From Nitrospirota bacterium (GTDB lineage: Bacteria > Nitrospirota > UBA9217): 64,000 nucleotides of DNA. The stretch's first letter is position 1. Each line of letters begins with the position of its first letter. Below the pieces are notes generated by a model. That model ran no database searches. It had not been told where the DNA came from and saw only the letters and a list, made by a program, of their open reading frames with translations. This document shows, piece after piece, positions 53,259-61,760 of this stretch. The position numbers and the translations under genes are program-made. The DNA lies in contig CAWCKW010000013.1 in assembly GCA_963796285.1 (NCBI GenBank), positions 128,001-192,000 of the forward strand, written 5' to 3'.

Positions 53259-53693
53259 GTGCAATATAAACAAGGGTCATTCGGCAGGGTTTTTGTGTTA
53301 AAATTCGAGGACCAGGACGATCTCCTCTCTGAAATAAAACGTGTAGCAACCACAGAAAAGATCAAGGTGGGGACGATCATGCTCCTGGGCGGCATGCGCT
53401 CGGCCGGGCTGGTCTCAGGCCCGAAAGAGGCGTCTATCCCGCCGGAACCCATGTGGATCAATTTCAATGATGGCCGAGAGGTGCTTGGCTTCGGCACCCT
53501 ATTCTGGAAAGGCGACGAGCCGGTCCTCCACCTCCACGGCGCCATCGGCCGGGAGAAAGAGACTCTCACGGGATGCATCCGCAAGGAGAGCTCCGTATAT
53601 CTGGTCATCGAGGCGGTGATCACGGAGATCCTCGGTATCGATGCCCGCAAGACATTGAACGAGAAAACCGGTTTGGTGATGCTGGAATTATGA
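53259..53693 (+). CDS. PPC-domain (DUF296) protein
   Basis: EVLGFGT...LHLHGAIG...GC motif. Confidence 0.85.
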   Translation: MQYKQGSFGRVFVLKFEDQDDLLSEIKRVATTEKIKVGTIMLLGGMRSAGLVSGPKEASIPPEPMWINFNDGREVLGFGTLFWKGDEPVLHLHGAIGREKETLTGCIRKESSVYLVIEAVITEILGIDARKTLNEKTGLVMLEL

Positions 53694-53714
53694 ATGCCAT
53701 CAATAACATGACGT

Positions 53715-53793
53715 ACCACAGGGAACGCAGAGTGCGCGGATGCCCGACCCCGGCGCGGTTGTTTTACTCTGCAGTCTCTGCGATCTCCGCAAT
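53715..53793. repeat. Degenerate palindromic element with 9-nt-unit arms
   Basis: Left accacagggaacgcagagtgcgcgga; right ctctgcagtctctgcgatctccgc. Confidence 0.55.
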
Positions 53794-53808
53794 GAACAGG
53801 ATTTGCGT

Positions 53809-54540
53809 ATGATCGCTCTGCTCTGTTCCGTCCCTGCCGAAGCGGATCGTCTCCTCGCATCGACGGTCGTGATAAAGAGTACGACGCTCGGCTCCAACCT
53901 GCTGATCGAGGGGACCATCGGAGCTCAGCGGATACTCCTGGGTGTCAGCGGCATGGGCAAGGTCAATGCAGCCCATACGGCAACACTGATGCTCGCAAGG
54001 TTCGATCCCAAGGCTCTCGTGGTCTTCGGCATCGGCGGCTCCTACCCCTCGTCGGGTGCCCGGATCGGCGATCTCGCGATCGCAACGGAAGAGATCGCGG
54101 GAGATGAAGGCGTTCTGACCCGGGAAGGCTTTAAGGACACCGAGTATATCGGCATCCCCCTTCTCAAGACAGCCACGTCGCTTATCTATACGACCTTCCC
54201 CGCATCGGAGCCGCTGATGCATCGGTCCCTGCAGTCGCTCGCTGCTCATCAGAAATCCGGCCAGGGCAAAATACACGTCGGTCGCTTCGTCACCCTGTCA
54301 ACCTGTACCGGCACCGCCGCGCGTGCGCAGGAGCTGGAGGAACGATATCGCGGACTCTGCGAGAATATGGAAGGGGCCGCGGTCGCGCATGTGGCGGAAC
54401 TGCATGGCGTCCCGTGGCTCGAGGTCCGCGGTATATCGAACATCGTGGAAGATCGTGATCTGACAAAGTGGGATATCCCGAAAGCGGCTGGGGCAGTGCA
54501 GCAGGCCGTTCAACATATCGTGGAGGGCTGGGACAGGTGA
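53809..54540 (+). CDS. mqnB: Futalosine hydrolase
   Basis: PNP/MTAN fold: GMGKVNAA, FGIGGSY, TLSTCTGT, ENMEGAAVA, EVRGISN; adjacent to mqnD. Confidence 0.88.
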   Translation: MIALLCSVPAEADRLLASTVVIKSTTLGSNLLIEGTIGAQRILLGVSGMGKVNAAHTATLMLARFDPKALVVFGIGGSYPSSGARIGDLAIATEEIAGDEGVLTREGFKDTEYIGIPLLKTATSLIYTTFPASEPLMHRSLQSLAAHQKSGQGKIHVGRFVTLSTCTGTAARAQELEERYRGLCENMEGAAVAHVAELHGVPWLEVRGISNIVEDRDLTKWDIPKAAGAVQQAVQHIVEGWDR

Positions 54541-55376
54541 CCCGCGCGCTCACTATCGGATATTCGCCGTGCCCGAACGACACCTACATTTTCTACGCGC
54601 TCGTCCATGGCTTCGTTCGTGTCCCGGGCCTTGAATTCCGCGAACAGCTCGCGGATGTCGAAACACTGAACCAGATGGCGCTCGAGGGCAGCCTGGACAT
54701 CACCAAGATATCATACCACGCCCTCGGTCACCTGCGTGAGCAGTACGCCCTGCTCCGTTCCGGCAGTGCGCTCGGCCGCGGCTGTGGTCCGCTCATCGTT
54801 GCAAAACCGGGAACCACGTTCGAGGATATTAAACGAGGCACGATCGCCATCCCCGGCAAGCTGACCACTGCCTCTCTTCTTCTCCGGCTGTACGATCCAT
54901 CGATCACCAATATCGTCGTTATGACCTTTGACCGCATCATGAACGCGGTCTCAACAGGAGAGGTGATTGCAGGTCTTATCATCCACGAAAGCCGGTTCAC
55001 CTATCCGCTCTATAAACTTGAAAAACTGCTCGACCTCGGCGAGTGGTGGGAACACCACTCCGGCCTCCCGATCCCTCTTGGCGGTATCCTCGGTAAGCGA
55101 TCGCTTGGCCGTGACGTACTGCTTCAGGTCGAGGAAGGTATACGGGCGAGCCTTCGCTACGCCAATGCGCACGCGGACAAGGTCCTCTCCTACTGCAAAC
55201 TGCACAGCCAGGAGATGGACGAGACAGTGATGAAGAGCCATATCGATCTGTATGTGAACGACTTCTCCCTTGACCTGGGACGGGAAGGCCTGGCCGCGGT
55301 GCGCAGGCTCTTTGACGAGGCGGAAGCGTGCGGGATATTTCCGAACTCCGGGAACGCACTCTTGGCGGATGAATAA
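54537..55376 (+). CDS. mqnD: 1,4-dihydroxy-6-naphthoate synthase
   Basis: GYSPCPNDT, ADVETLN, GRGCGPL, IIHESRFTY, LPIPLG, HIDLYVN. Confidence 0.93.
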   Translation: MTRALTIGYSPCPNDTYIFYALVHGFVRVPGLEFREQLADVETLNQMALEGSLDITKISYHALGHLREQYALLRSGSALGRGCGPLIVAKPGTTFEDIKRGTIAIPGKLTTASLLLRLYDPSITNIVVMTFDRIMNAVSTGEVIAGLIIHESRFTYPLYKLEKLLDLGEWWEHHSGLPIPLGGILGKRSLGRDVLLQVEEGIRASLRYANAHADKVLSYCKLHSQEMDETVMKSHIDLYVNDFSLDLGREGLAAVRRLFDEAEACGIFPNSGNALLADE

Positions 55377-55467
55377 TTTTATTCCTGTTCTCCGGAAAAC
55401 GCGTATGATATAATCATCTCTACGGTCACGCTTTACCATTCCTAATCTTTCCCCATCAGGAGGCACT

Positions 55468-56029
55468 ATGGTCGCATGGATTATTCTCGCAGTGCTGGGT
55501 TTGGTTCTGATCTGGCTTGTTCTGATCTACAACGGTCTCGTATCGATCCGGAACGACGTACAGAACGCATGGAAGCAGATCGATGTGCAGCTCAAACGCC
55601 GGCATGATCTGATCCCGAACCTCGTCTCTGCCGTGAAAGGTGTAATGGAATTCGAGCAGGACACCCTCGAGAAGGTGATCTCGGCCAGGGCAAAGGCCGT
55701 GTCCGTCAGTCACCCCTGCCTCCCGGGCCGAGTCTGAGAACATGCTTACCCAGGCACTCGGCAAACTCTTCGCCGTGATGGAGAACTATCCCGCGCTCAA
55801 GAGCAACCAGAACGTCATGCAGCTCCAGGAAGAGCTCACGTCAACAGAGAACCGGATCTCCTTTGCCCGTCAGCTCTACAACGACCTGGTTGCGAACTAT
55901 CGCACGAAGATCCAGATATTTCCGAACAACATCGTTTCCTCGATGTTCAATTTCCAGCCAGAGGAATATTTCGGGGCCGAAGAAACGGACCGCGCGGTAC
56001 CTGGCGTGAATCTGAGCCTGAGGAAGTAA
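55468..56029 (+). CDS. lemA: LemA family protein (frameshift near 55715)
   Basis: [22 protein letters not shown]; second frame ENYPALKSN...[13 protein letters not shown]...FPNN. Confidence 0.92.
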
Positions 56030-56033
56030 AAAA

Positions 56034-56105
56034 ACAGAAGCGAGGAGCCTGAATTCAGAAGTCAGAATGATATATGATGTCCTCTCCTGACTCCTGACTA
56101 CTGAT
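56034..56105. repeat. Palindromic element with 7-nt-unit arms
   Basis: Left acagaag-cgaggag-cctgaat-tcagaag-tcagaat; right ctcctga-ctcctga-ctactga. Confidence 0.7.
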
Positions 56106-56114
56106 CGTTCTCCC

Positions 56115-57740
56115 ATGCCCCTTACCTTCATCGACATAGAGAAACAGAAGAACTGGCGCATCTGGCTGTTCTTTCTGTTCCTCATGCTCATCTATCTTAT
56201 CCTCACCGCTCTTTTTGCGGCAACGTTCCTCCCTTTCACCTGGTATGCTTCGCCGCGCTTTTGGATAGTTGCGGGAATGCTTGCCCTGCTCGTGGCAGGG
56301 ATCCATTTCTGGTTCTCTGCCTACGATACGGTCCGCACCGTGATCCGCGGACTGGACGCGCAGCCACCGGACCCCCAGGACGACATTCACAAGATGCTCA
56401 TGAACATCATGCAGGAAATTCACGTGGTAACAGGCAACAGGCGGAAGATCCAGTGCGTTGTCATTCCGTCCTTCTCTCTGAACGCGCTGGCGGTTGCGGA
56501 CCTCAAAGGCGAGGCCGCCATCGGCATCACGGAAGGGCTGCTCTCGCGCCTCACCCGACCGCAGCTTGAGGCCGTGATCGCCCACGAAGCGCATCATATC
56601 CTTTCGGGCGATTGCCTCGAAACCACCGTTGCCGCCAGCCTCTTCGGCACCTATTCCTCGGCCATGGAGAAGCTGACCGATACGTCACGTGGTCGATCGT
56701 TCGCCTCTCCGGCGTTCCTTCTGGCCTGGATGCTGCTCCAGTTGAGCTATCTTCTGAACATGTTCATCTCCCGTGAGCGGGAGTATCGCGCCGATGCCGC
56801 ATCCGTACGCATGACCAGGAACCCGATCGCGCTTGCCGAGACATTGCACCTCCTGTCGCGAAGCTGGCGTGGGGCCGGGTTCATCGGCAGCGGTTTTGAG
56901 ATGCTCTGCATCGTGAATCCGCAGGCAACGGCACTGGATGAGACAGACGGTTTCTGGGCAGACCTCCTTTCGACCCATCCGCCGCTCAGCAGAAGAATCG
57001 ACATCCTGCTTAACATGGCGCGGGTGAGCATTGCTGCGCTGGATGCGAGTACCGGGAAGGCTGCCACGGCGAGTGCGCAAGAGTCCTCTGTCCCACTGCA
57101 TTACGCCATGAGCCCCCAGCAGCAGTGGCAGGGACCATTCACTCCAACCGAACTTGCCGCACTCCCGTGGCTTTCGCCCCTTACCTGGATCACGCAGGGC
57201 AAGGAGCATCCCGTAGAGCGCGCTTCAAAAGAGCCGTTGATCAACGCCATCTTCCTGTCGCGGCTTTCCGAGCAGGAACGCCCTCTCTCGAACTTCTTCT
57301 GCCCATCCTGCCGTCAACCGCTTGTAACGGAAGCATACGAAGGTACCCAGATATATCGATGCCGCTTCTGTGCCGGCATCCTGCTGGATTCGGTAAAGAT
57401 TCCTCGGATCATCGTACGGACCGGCAGGGAACGGCCCTGTTCGGAGAGGATCAACTCGCTTGCGAAGGCGGTTGTGAAGGAAAACCAGCTTCGACAGCCC
57501 ATTCAGAAACGCAGAGAAGTCGGCAGGGAAATTGTTCCGCTGCTCACCTGTCCGAAGTGCGGCAACCCCATGTCCCGCGGATTTTACAGCCAGGCTCACC
57601 TGATCGAGGTCGACCGTTGCAGTTTTTGCGGCATCACCTGGTTTGATCAAGACGAGCTTGAGATGCTGCAGTGCCTGATCGAGAACCGGATCGTACCTGA
57701 CGTCACCGAACCGGATCATATCGAGCGCTTAACTCTTTAG
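56115..57740 (+). CDS. M48/HtpX-like metalloprotease with C-terminal zf-TFIIB-like Zn ribbons
   Basis: NALA, ITEGLL, AHEAHH, SREREYRAD, STHPP; CPSC..CRFC and CPKC..CSFCGITWFDQDEL. Confidence 0.88.
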   Translation: MPLTFIDIEKQKNWRIWLFFLFLMLIYLILTALFAATFLPFTWYASPRFWIVAGMLALLVAGIHFWFSAYDTVRTVIRGLDAQPPDPQDDIHKMLMNIMQEIHVVTGNRRKIQCVVIPSFSLNALAVADLKGEAAIGITEGLLSRLTRPQLEAVIAHEAHHILSGDCLETTVAASLFGTYSSAMEKLTDTSRGRSFASPAFLLAWMLLQLSYLLNMFISREREYRADAASVRMTRNPIALAETLHLLSRSWRGAGFIGSGFEMLCIVNPQATALDETDGFWADLLSTHPPLSRRIDILLNMARVSIAALDASTGKAATASAQESSVPLHYAMSPQQQWQGPFTPTELAALPWLSPLTWITQGKEHPVERASKEPLINAIFLSRLSEQERPLSNFFCPSCRQPLVTEAYEGTQIYRCRFCAGILLDSVKIPRIIVRTGRERPCSERINSLAKAVVKENQLRQPIQKRREVGREIVPLLTCPKCGNPMSRGFYSQAHLIEVDRCSFCGITWFDQDELEMLQCLIENRIVPDVTEPDHIERLTL

Positions 57741-57764
57741 CGCCTCATTGCAAAGGACCTTTTT

Positions 57765-58439
57765 ATGATTACCATCAAGCTTTTCGCCATACTGAAGGAC
57801 AAGGCAGGACAGGATGAGCTGCATCTCAACACCTGTGCATCCACGGTATCGGAATTGCTCAAGGAAGTGTCGAATGAATATCCAGCCTTATCCGATATCC
57901 TCTCCTGCGGCAGGGTCCTGACCTCGGTGAACCAGGAATTTGTCAAAGGTGATGCGCCGGTCAAGAGCGGCGATGAGGTGGCGCTCATGCCGCCGTTCTC
58001 CGGTGGAAGCGGGACAACAGGGTATGTTCATATCCAAGAGGGACCCTTTTCTTTGGATAGGGAGATCGATCGGCTGAAGCAAGCTTCGCCATCAATCGGC
58101 GCAATCGTTACCTTCCTCGGGACAACGCGCGATATCTCGAAGAACAAGCAGGTGGCAAAGCTCGAGTTCGAACACTACCCCGGCATGGCAGAGAAGAAAC
58201 TCCGGGAGATCAGGGAGCGGGCGATCAGGGAATTCGGGGTGATCGACGTATCGATCATTCACCGCATAGGCACGCTGCCGATAGGAGAGAACATCGTGCT
58301 GATCGCCGTGGCCGCAATGCATCGCGACGAGGCGTTCAAGGCCTGCCGTTTCTGCATCGATGAATTGAAGAGGATCACGCCGATCTGGAAAAAGGAAACA
58401 ACCTCGGAGGGGGAAGTGTGGGTGGAGGAACATCCTTGA
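57765..58439 (+). CDS. Molybdopterin synthase MoaD-MoaE fusion
   Basis: KLFA...DEVALMPPFSGG followed in frame by GAIVTFLGTTR, HRIG, IDELKRITPIWKKE. Confidence 0.92.
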   Translation: MITIKLFAILKDKAGQDELHLNTCASTVSELLKEVSNEYPALSDILSCGRVLTSVNQEFVKGDAPVKSGDEVALMPPFSGGSGTTGYVHIQEGPFSLDREIDRLKQASPSIGAIVTFLGTTRDISKNKQVAKLEFEHYPGMAEKKLREIRERAIREFGVIDVSIIHRIGTLPIGENIVLIAVAAMHRDEAFKACRFCIDELKRITPIWKKETTSEGEVWVEEHP

Positions 58440-58524
58440 TTGCGGATTTCTGATTGCAGATTGCGGAATCAGAAGAAAAAACCTTTTGTAAATCCGCAAT
58501 CCGAAATCTACAATCCGCAATTGA
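58437..58524. repeat. Palindromic element with 7-nt-unit arms
   Basis: Left gattgcg-gatttct-gattgca-gattgcg-gaatcag; right aatccgc-aatccga-aatctac-aatccgc. Fills the gap between convergent genes. Confidence 0.85.
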
Positions 58525-58525
58525 A

Positions 58526-58945
58526 TCATTTCTTCGCTGCTTTTTTCCCGTCCCTCAGGAAGACCACACAGGTTGTACAATCCGCATCACTGCGACACCG
58601 GGTGGTTTCCCAGCACGGTTTGCTCTTGTTGGTAAACGCCGTGCATACCACTCTCCGTTCGTCTGGACAGTCCTTGATCTCCCAGCAGGGCGCATAGTCG
58701 AGCAGCTTCTTGATCCCTTCGATGCTGATCTTCTTGGCGTGGATCAGTTCGCGGATACAGCGCAACCATTTGATGTCGTTTTCCGTAAAGAGCCGGTTTC
58801 TCCGCTCCCTCGTCGGGAGGATAAGACCATGTTTCTCGTACAGACGCAGTGTCTGCGCCGTCGTCCCAACCAGCTTTGCCGCCACGCCCATGGTGTAGAG
58901 CGGCGCGTCCTTGTCTTTGAGTACATCCATGCTATCGACTATCAT
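58526..58945 (-). CDS. MerR-family (HspR-like) regulator with Cys-rich CW-repeat C-terminus
   Basis: YTMGVAAKLVG..AQTLRLYEKHGLI.P.R..RNRLF; CWEIKDC...C...CWE...C...CTTCVVF. Confidence 0.88.
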   Translation of the reverse strand: MIVDSMDVLKDKDAPLYTMGVAAKLVGTTAQTLRLYEKHGLILPTRERRNRLFTENDIKWLRCIRELIHAKKISIEGIKKLLDYAPCWEIKDCPDERRVVCTAFTNKSKPCWETTRCRSDADCTTCVVFLRDGKKAAKK

Positions 58946-58973
58946 ATGCTTTTATCTTCTCCCAAAGTTTTTT

Positions 58974-59690
58974 CTACCGTGGTATAAGGATCGTCATCTT
59001 GTCCATGAGCAGCAGCACGCCCATGATGATCAGTACGGCGCCGCTTACTATCTTGATTGCCTTGAAATGCTTTTTCAGCTTGCTGAACGACGACAGGAAT
59101 GCACTGATGGCTACGGCCGAAAGGATAAAGGGGATCCCGAGGCCGAGCGAATAGAACATGAGCAGTACCATACCGCTGCCCAGAGTGTCACTCGTCATGG
59201 CCAGCGCCAGCACCGATCCCAGAAAAGGTCCGGTGCAGGGGGTCCAGCCCGCGCCAAAGATCATGCCGACGACAAGCGTGCCGATGTAGCCGGCAGGCCG
59301 CGTCTTGAGATGCAGTTTAGCCTCTCTCTGGAGAAAGGGGATGTTCACCACATCCATGACAAAAACGCCCATGATGATGATCAGCACTCCGCCCACGATC
59401 CGGATGGTGTTCAGGTGCTGTGCCAGGAGACTGCCCGCCAGGCTTGCCGATGCACCCAGGAGAACAAAGATGACGGAGAACCCCGCAACAAAAGCAAGAG
59501 AATGAAGCAGGGTGATATTCATGTTCTTTCTGCGCGAATCAGGGCTCACCAGTTCGTCATAGCTTATGCCGGTGATGTAAGAAACATATGAAGGTATGAG
59601 GGGCATAATACAGGGAGACACGAACGAGACGAGGCCCATGGCGAGCGAGTACAACAGAACATACAACGTTAATCCGTGTGCAAGGTCCAT
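58974..59690 (-). CDS. ccdA: Cytochrome c biogenesis / disulfide transporter CcdA
   Basis: SFVSPCIMPLIP, GWTPCTGPFLG, YSLGLGIPF. Confidence 0.93.
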   Translation of the reverse strand: MDLAHGLTLYVLLYSLAMGLVSFVSPCIMPLIPSYVSYITGISYDELVSPDSRRKNMNITLLHSLAFVAGFSVIFVLLGASASLAGSLLAQHLNTIRIVGGVLIIIMGVFVMDVVNIPFLQREAKLHLKTRPAGYIGTLVVGMIFGAGWTPCTGPFLGSVLALAMTSDTLGSGMVLLMFYSLGLGIPFILSAVAISAFLSSFSKLKKHFKAIKIVSGAVLIIMGVLLLMDKMTILIPR

Positions 59691-59890
59691 GAATACAGCG
59701 CGCCCCCGTATAATAGCGTATCATAATACCAAAGCTTACCAAACGTAGTCAAGATAAACTTTTACTATATATCAGTTTACTTTTTTTAATAACCATAGGT
59801 ATCAATACTTCTCGTTTCAAATCACAACACCTATTGAAAAAGAACATCTTCTGTCCTCGCCTCCATATAAGTCAGCTGGGTATTTTTTTA

Positions 59891-59919
59891 TTGACAAGGA
59901 ACCTGAATTTCTCTATCAT
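59891..59919 (+). promoter_or_regulatory. sigma70-type promoter of fchA-folD
   Basis: TTGACA-17 nt-TATCAT, ~58 nt upstream of the ATG at 59978 (SD AGGAGG). Confidence 0.7.
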
Positions 59920-59977
59920 TTCACTCTTTAAACCTCACAACCACTGAGTAATTGAATACTGCAGGAGGAAATTCCCG

Positions 59978-60604
59978 ATGTATATCGATCAGCCGATACG
60001 ACACTTTATGGACAAACTGGCGAGCAAATCTCCCGAGCCGGGAGGCGGCAGCGTGGCTGCCCTTACTGGTGCGCTCGGCGCGGCACTCGTGAGTATGGTG
60101 GGGAACCTTACCCTGGGCAAGGAAAAATACAAGGATGTTCAGCCCCGGATCGAGCAACTGCTCAAAGAATCGGAAAAACTGCGCTCGGAGATGCAGGACC
60201 TTATCCAGAAAGACACCGAGGCCTACGGTGCGCTCTCCGCAGTCTATAAAATGCCGAAGAACACCGATGAGGAAAAGGCCGCGCGCACCACAAAGATGCA
60301 GGAAGCGCTCAAGATCGCCTGCCAGGTTCCGTTCGAGATCGGGCTCAAATCGCTTGAGGTAGCAAAGCTCGCCCAGCGGGCAGCTGATATCGGAAACGTG
60401 GGTGCGGTGAGCGACGCTGGCGTTGCGGTACTGCTTGCCCAAGCCTGCGCCCAGAGCGCGGCGCTCAACGTCAAGATCAACGTCAACAGTATTAAAGACG
60501 CGGTATACAACAACGACACGTGGTCCAGGATGCAGGATGTTCTTAAGCAGGTGGCGGCCCTTGAAAAGACTGTGATGGAAACAACGTATAAGAAGATGGG
60601 ATAA
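59978..60604 (+). CDS. fchA: Methenyl-THF cyclohydrolase / formiminotransferase-cyclodeaminase C-terminal family
   Basis: LASKSPEPGGGSVAAL, MVGNLT, DTEAY, GNVGAVSDAGVA, ALNVKIN. Confidence 0.9.
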   Translation: MYIDQPIRHFMDKLASKSPEPGGGSVAALTGALGAALVSMVGNLTLGKEKYKDVQPRIEQLLKESEKLRSEMQDLIQKDTEAYGALSAVYKMPKNTDEEKAARTTKMQEALKIACQVPFEIGLKSLEVAKLAQRAADIGNVGAVSDAGVAVLLAQACAQSAALNVKINVNSIKDAVYNNDTWSRMQDVLKQVAALEKTVMETTYKKMG

Positions 60605-60610
60605 GCTGCG

Positions 60611-60667
60611 GCAGAGCGCATGGGGCATAGGGTTTAATTCTCCGCTCTATCCACCATGCCCTATGCT
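60611..60667. repeat. Palindromic element with 7-nt-unit arms
   Basis: Left gcagagc-gcatggg-gcatagg; right ctccgct-ctatcca-ccatgcc-ctatgct. Confidence 0.65.
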
Positions 60668-60692
60668 TAATAACTTTTGGAAGGAGCATCAC

Positions 60693-61544
60693 ATGCCGGC
60701 AAAATTGTTAACAGGAAAAGAAGTGGCGCAAAAGATGGACCAGGACATCCAGAAAGAGGTCCAGGAGCTCAAGGCAAAAGGCGTGAATCCTGCACTCAGG
60801 ATCATGATCGTGGGCGGAGCGGAAGATTCGGTCTATTACGCCAACAGCGCCAAGAAGATGGCGGAGAAGAACGGCATTGCCTGCGAAATCGAGCAGCTGG
60901 CAGGCACAATGAGCCAAGACGAGTTCGTGAACATCCTGAAGCAGCGGAACGCGGACAAGACCATTCACGGAATCATTGTGATGCGTCCGTTCCCGAAGCA
61001 GATCAGGGAAGACGTCGTAAAGTACATGCTGTCTCCGGAAAAAGACGTGGACTGCTTCAATCCCGTGAACGCCGGCAAGATCATGGCTGGGGACCTGACC
61101 GGTTTTCCACCCGCCACACCACAGGCCGTGATGGAGATCCTCCGCTTCTATCAGGTCCCGATGAGCGGTAAGGAGGCGGTAGTCATCGGCCGCTCAATGG
61201 TGGTCGGCAAACCCATGTCCATGCTGCTCCTGGGCGAGAACGCGACGGTCACGGTCTGCCACTCCAGGACGCAGGACCTTCCCGGCGTGTGCAAACGTGC
61301 CGACATCCTTGTTGCGGCGATTGGCAAGGCGAAGATGATCACAAAGGACTATATCAAACCAGGCGCCACGGTCATGGATGTTGGCATCAATCCGGAGGGA
61401 GACAAGTTCGTCGGCGATGTGGACACCGAACCCGCAAAGGACATTGCCGGAGCGATCACCCCGGTCCCCGGCGGCGTCGGCACAGTGACAACGCGCGTGC
61501 TGCTTAAACATGTGGTAAAAGCGGCAAAGCTGCAGAATCCTTAA
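60693..61544 (+). CDS. folD: Methylene-THF dehydrogenase (FolD family)
   Basis: PEKDVD, PATP, VIGRSMVVGKP, DVGIN, GDVD, TPVPGGVG. Confidence 0.93.
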   Translation: MPAKLLTGKEVAQKMDQDIQKEVQELKAKGVNPALRIMIVGGAEDSVYYANSAKKMAEKNGIACEIEQLAGTMSQDEFVNILKQRNADKTIHGIIVMRPFPKQIREDVVKYMLSPEKDVDCFNPVNAGKIMAGDLTGFPPATPQAVMEILRFYQVPMSGKEAVVIGRSMVVGKPMSMLLLGENATVTVCHSRTQDLPGVCKRADILVAAIGKAKMITKDYIKPGATVMDVGINPEGDKFVGDVDTEPAKDIAGAITPVPGGVGTVTTRVLLKHVVKAAKLQNP

Positions 61545-61620
61545 GGATAAATACAACGTTTTATTGAAGATTGCGGAGTTTCCTGAGAAATATCCCGTTC
61601 GAAGTCTGAATAGCCGACCA

Positions 61621-61660
61621 ATGAGAAACGCCCCCGATGCACATCGGGGGCGTTTCTCAT
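61621..61660. terminator. Perfect 19-bp inverted repeat downstream of folD
   Basis: atgagaaacgcccccgatg-ca-catcgggggcgtttctcat. Confidence 0.7.
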
Positions 61661-61687
61661 TCCACCACACATCTCCGCAGCACTCAA

Positions 61688-61721
61688 TAAAAAGCCCCGG
61701 AGGATTGCTCCCCCGGGGCTT
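61688..61721 (-). terminator. Intrinsic terminator of the porin gene
   Basis: aagccccgg...ccggggctt stem followed by a T-run on the minus strand. Confidence 0.75.
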
Positions 61722-61760
61722 GGCGTTTATTGCCGTATCAGCAAAGATCGTGCTTCTCAG

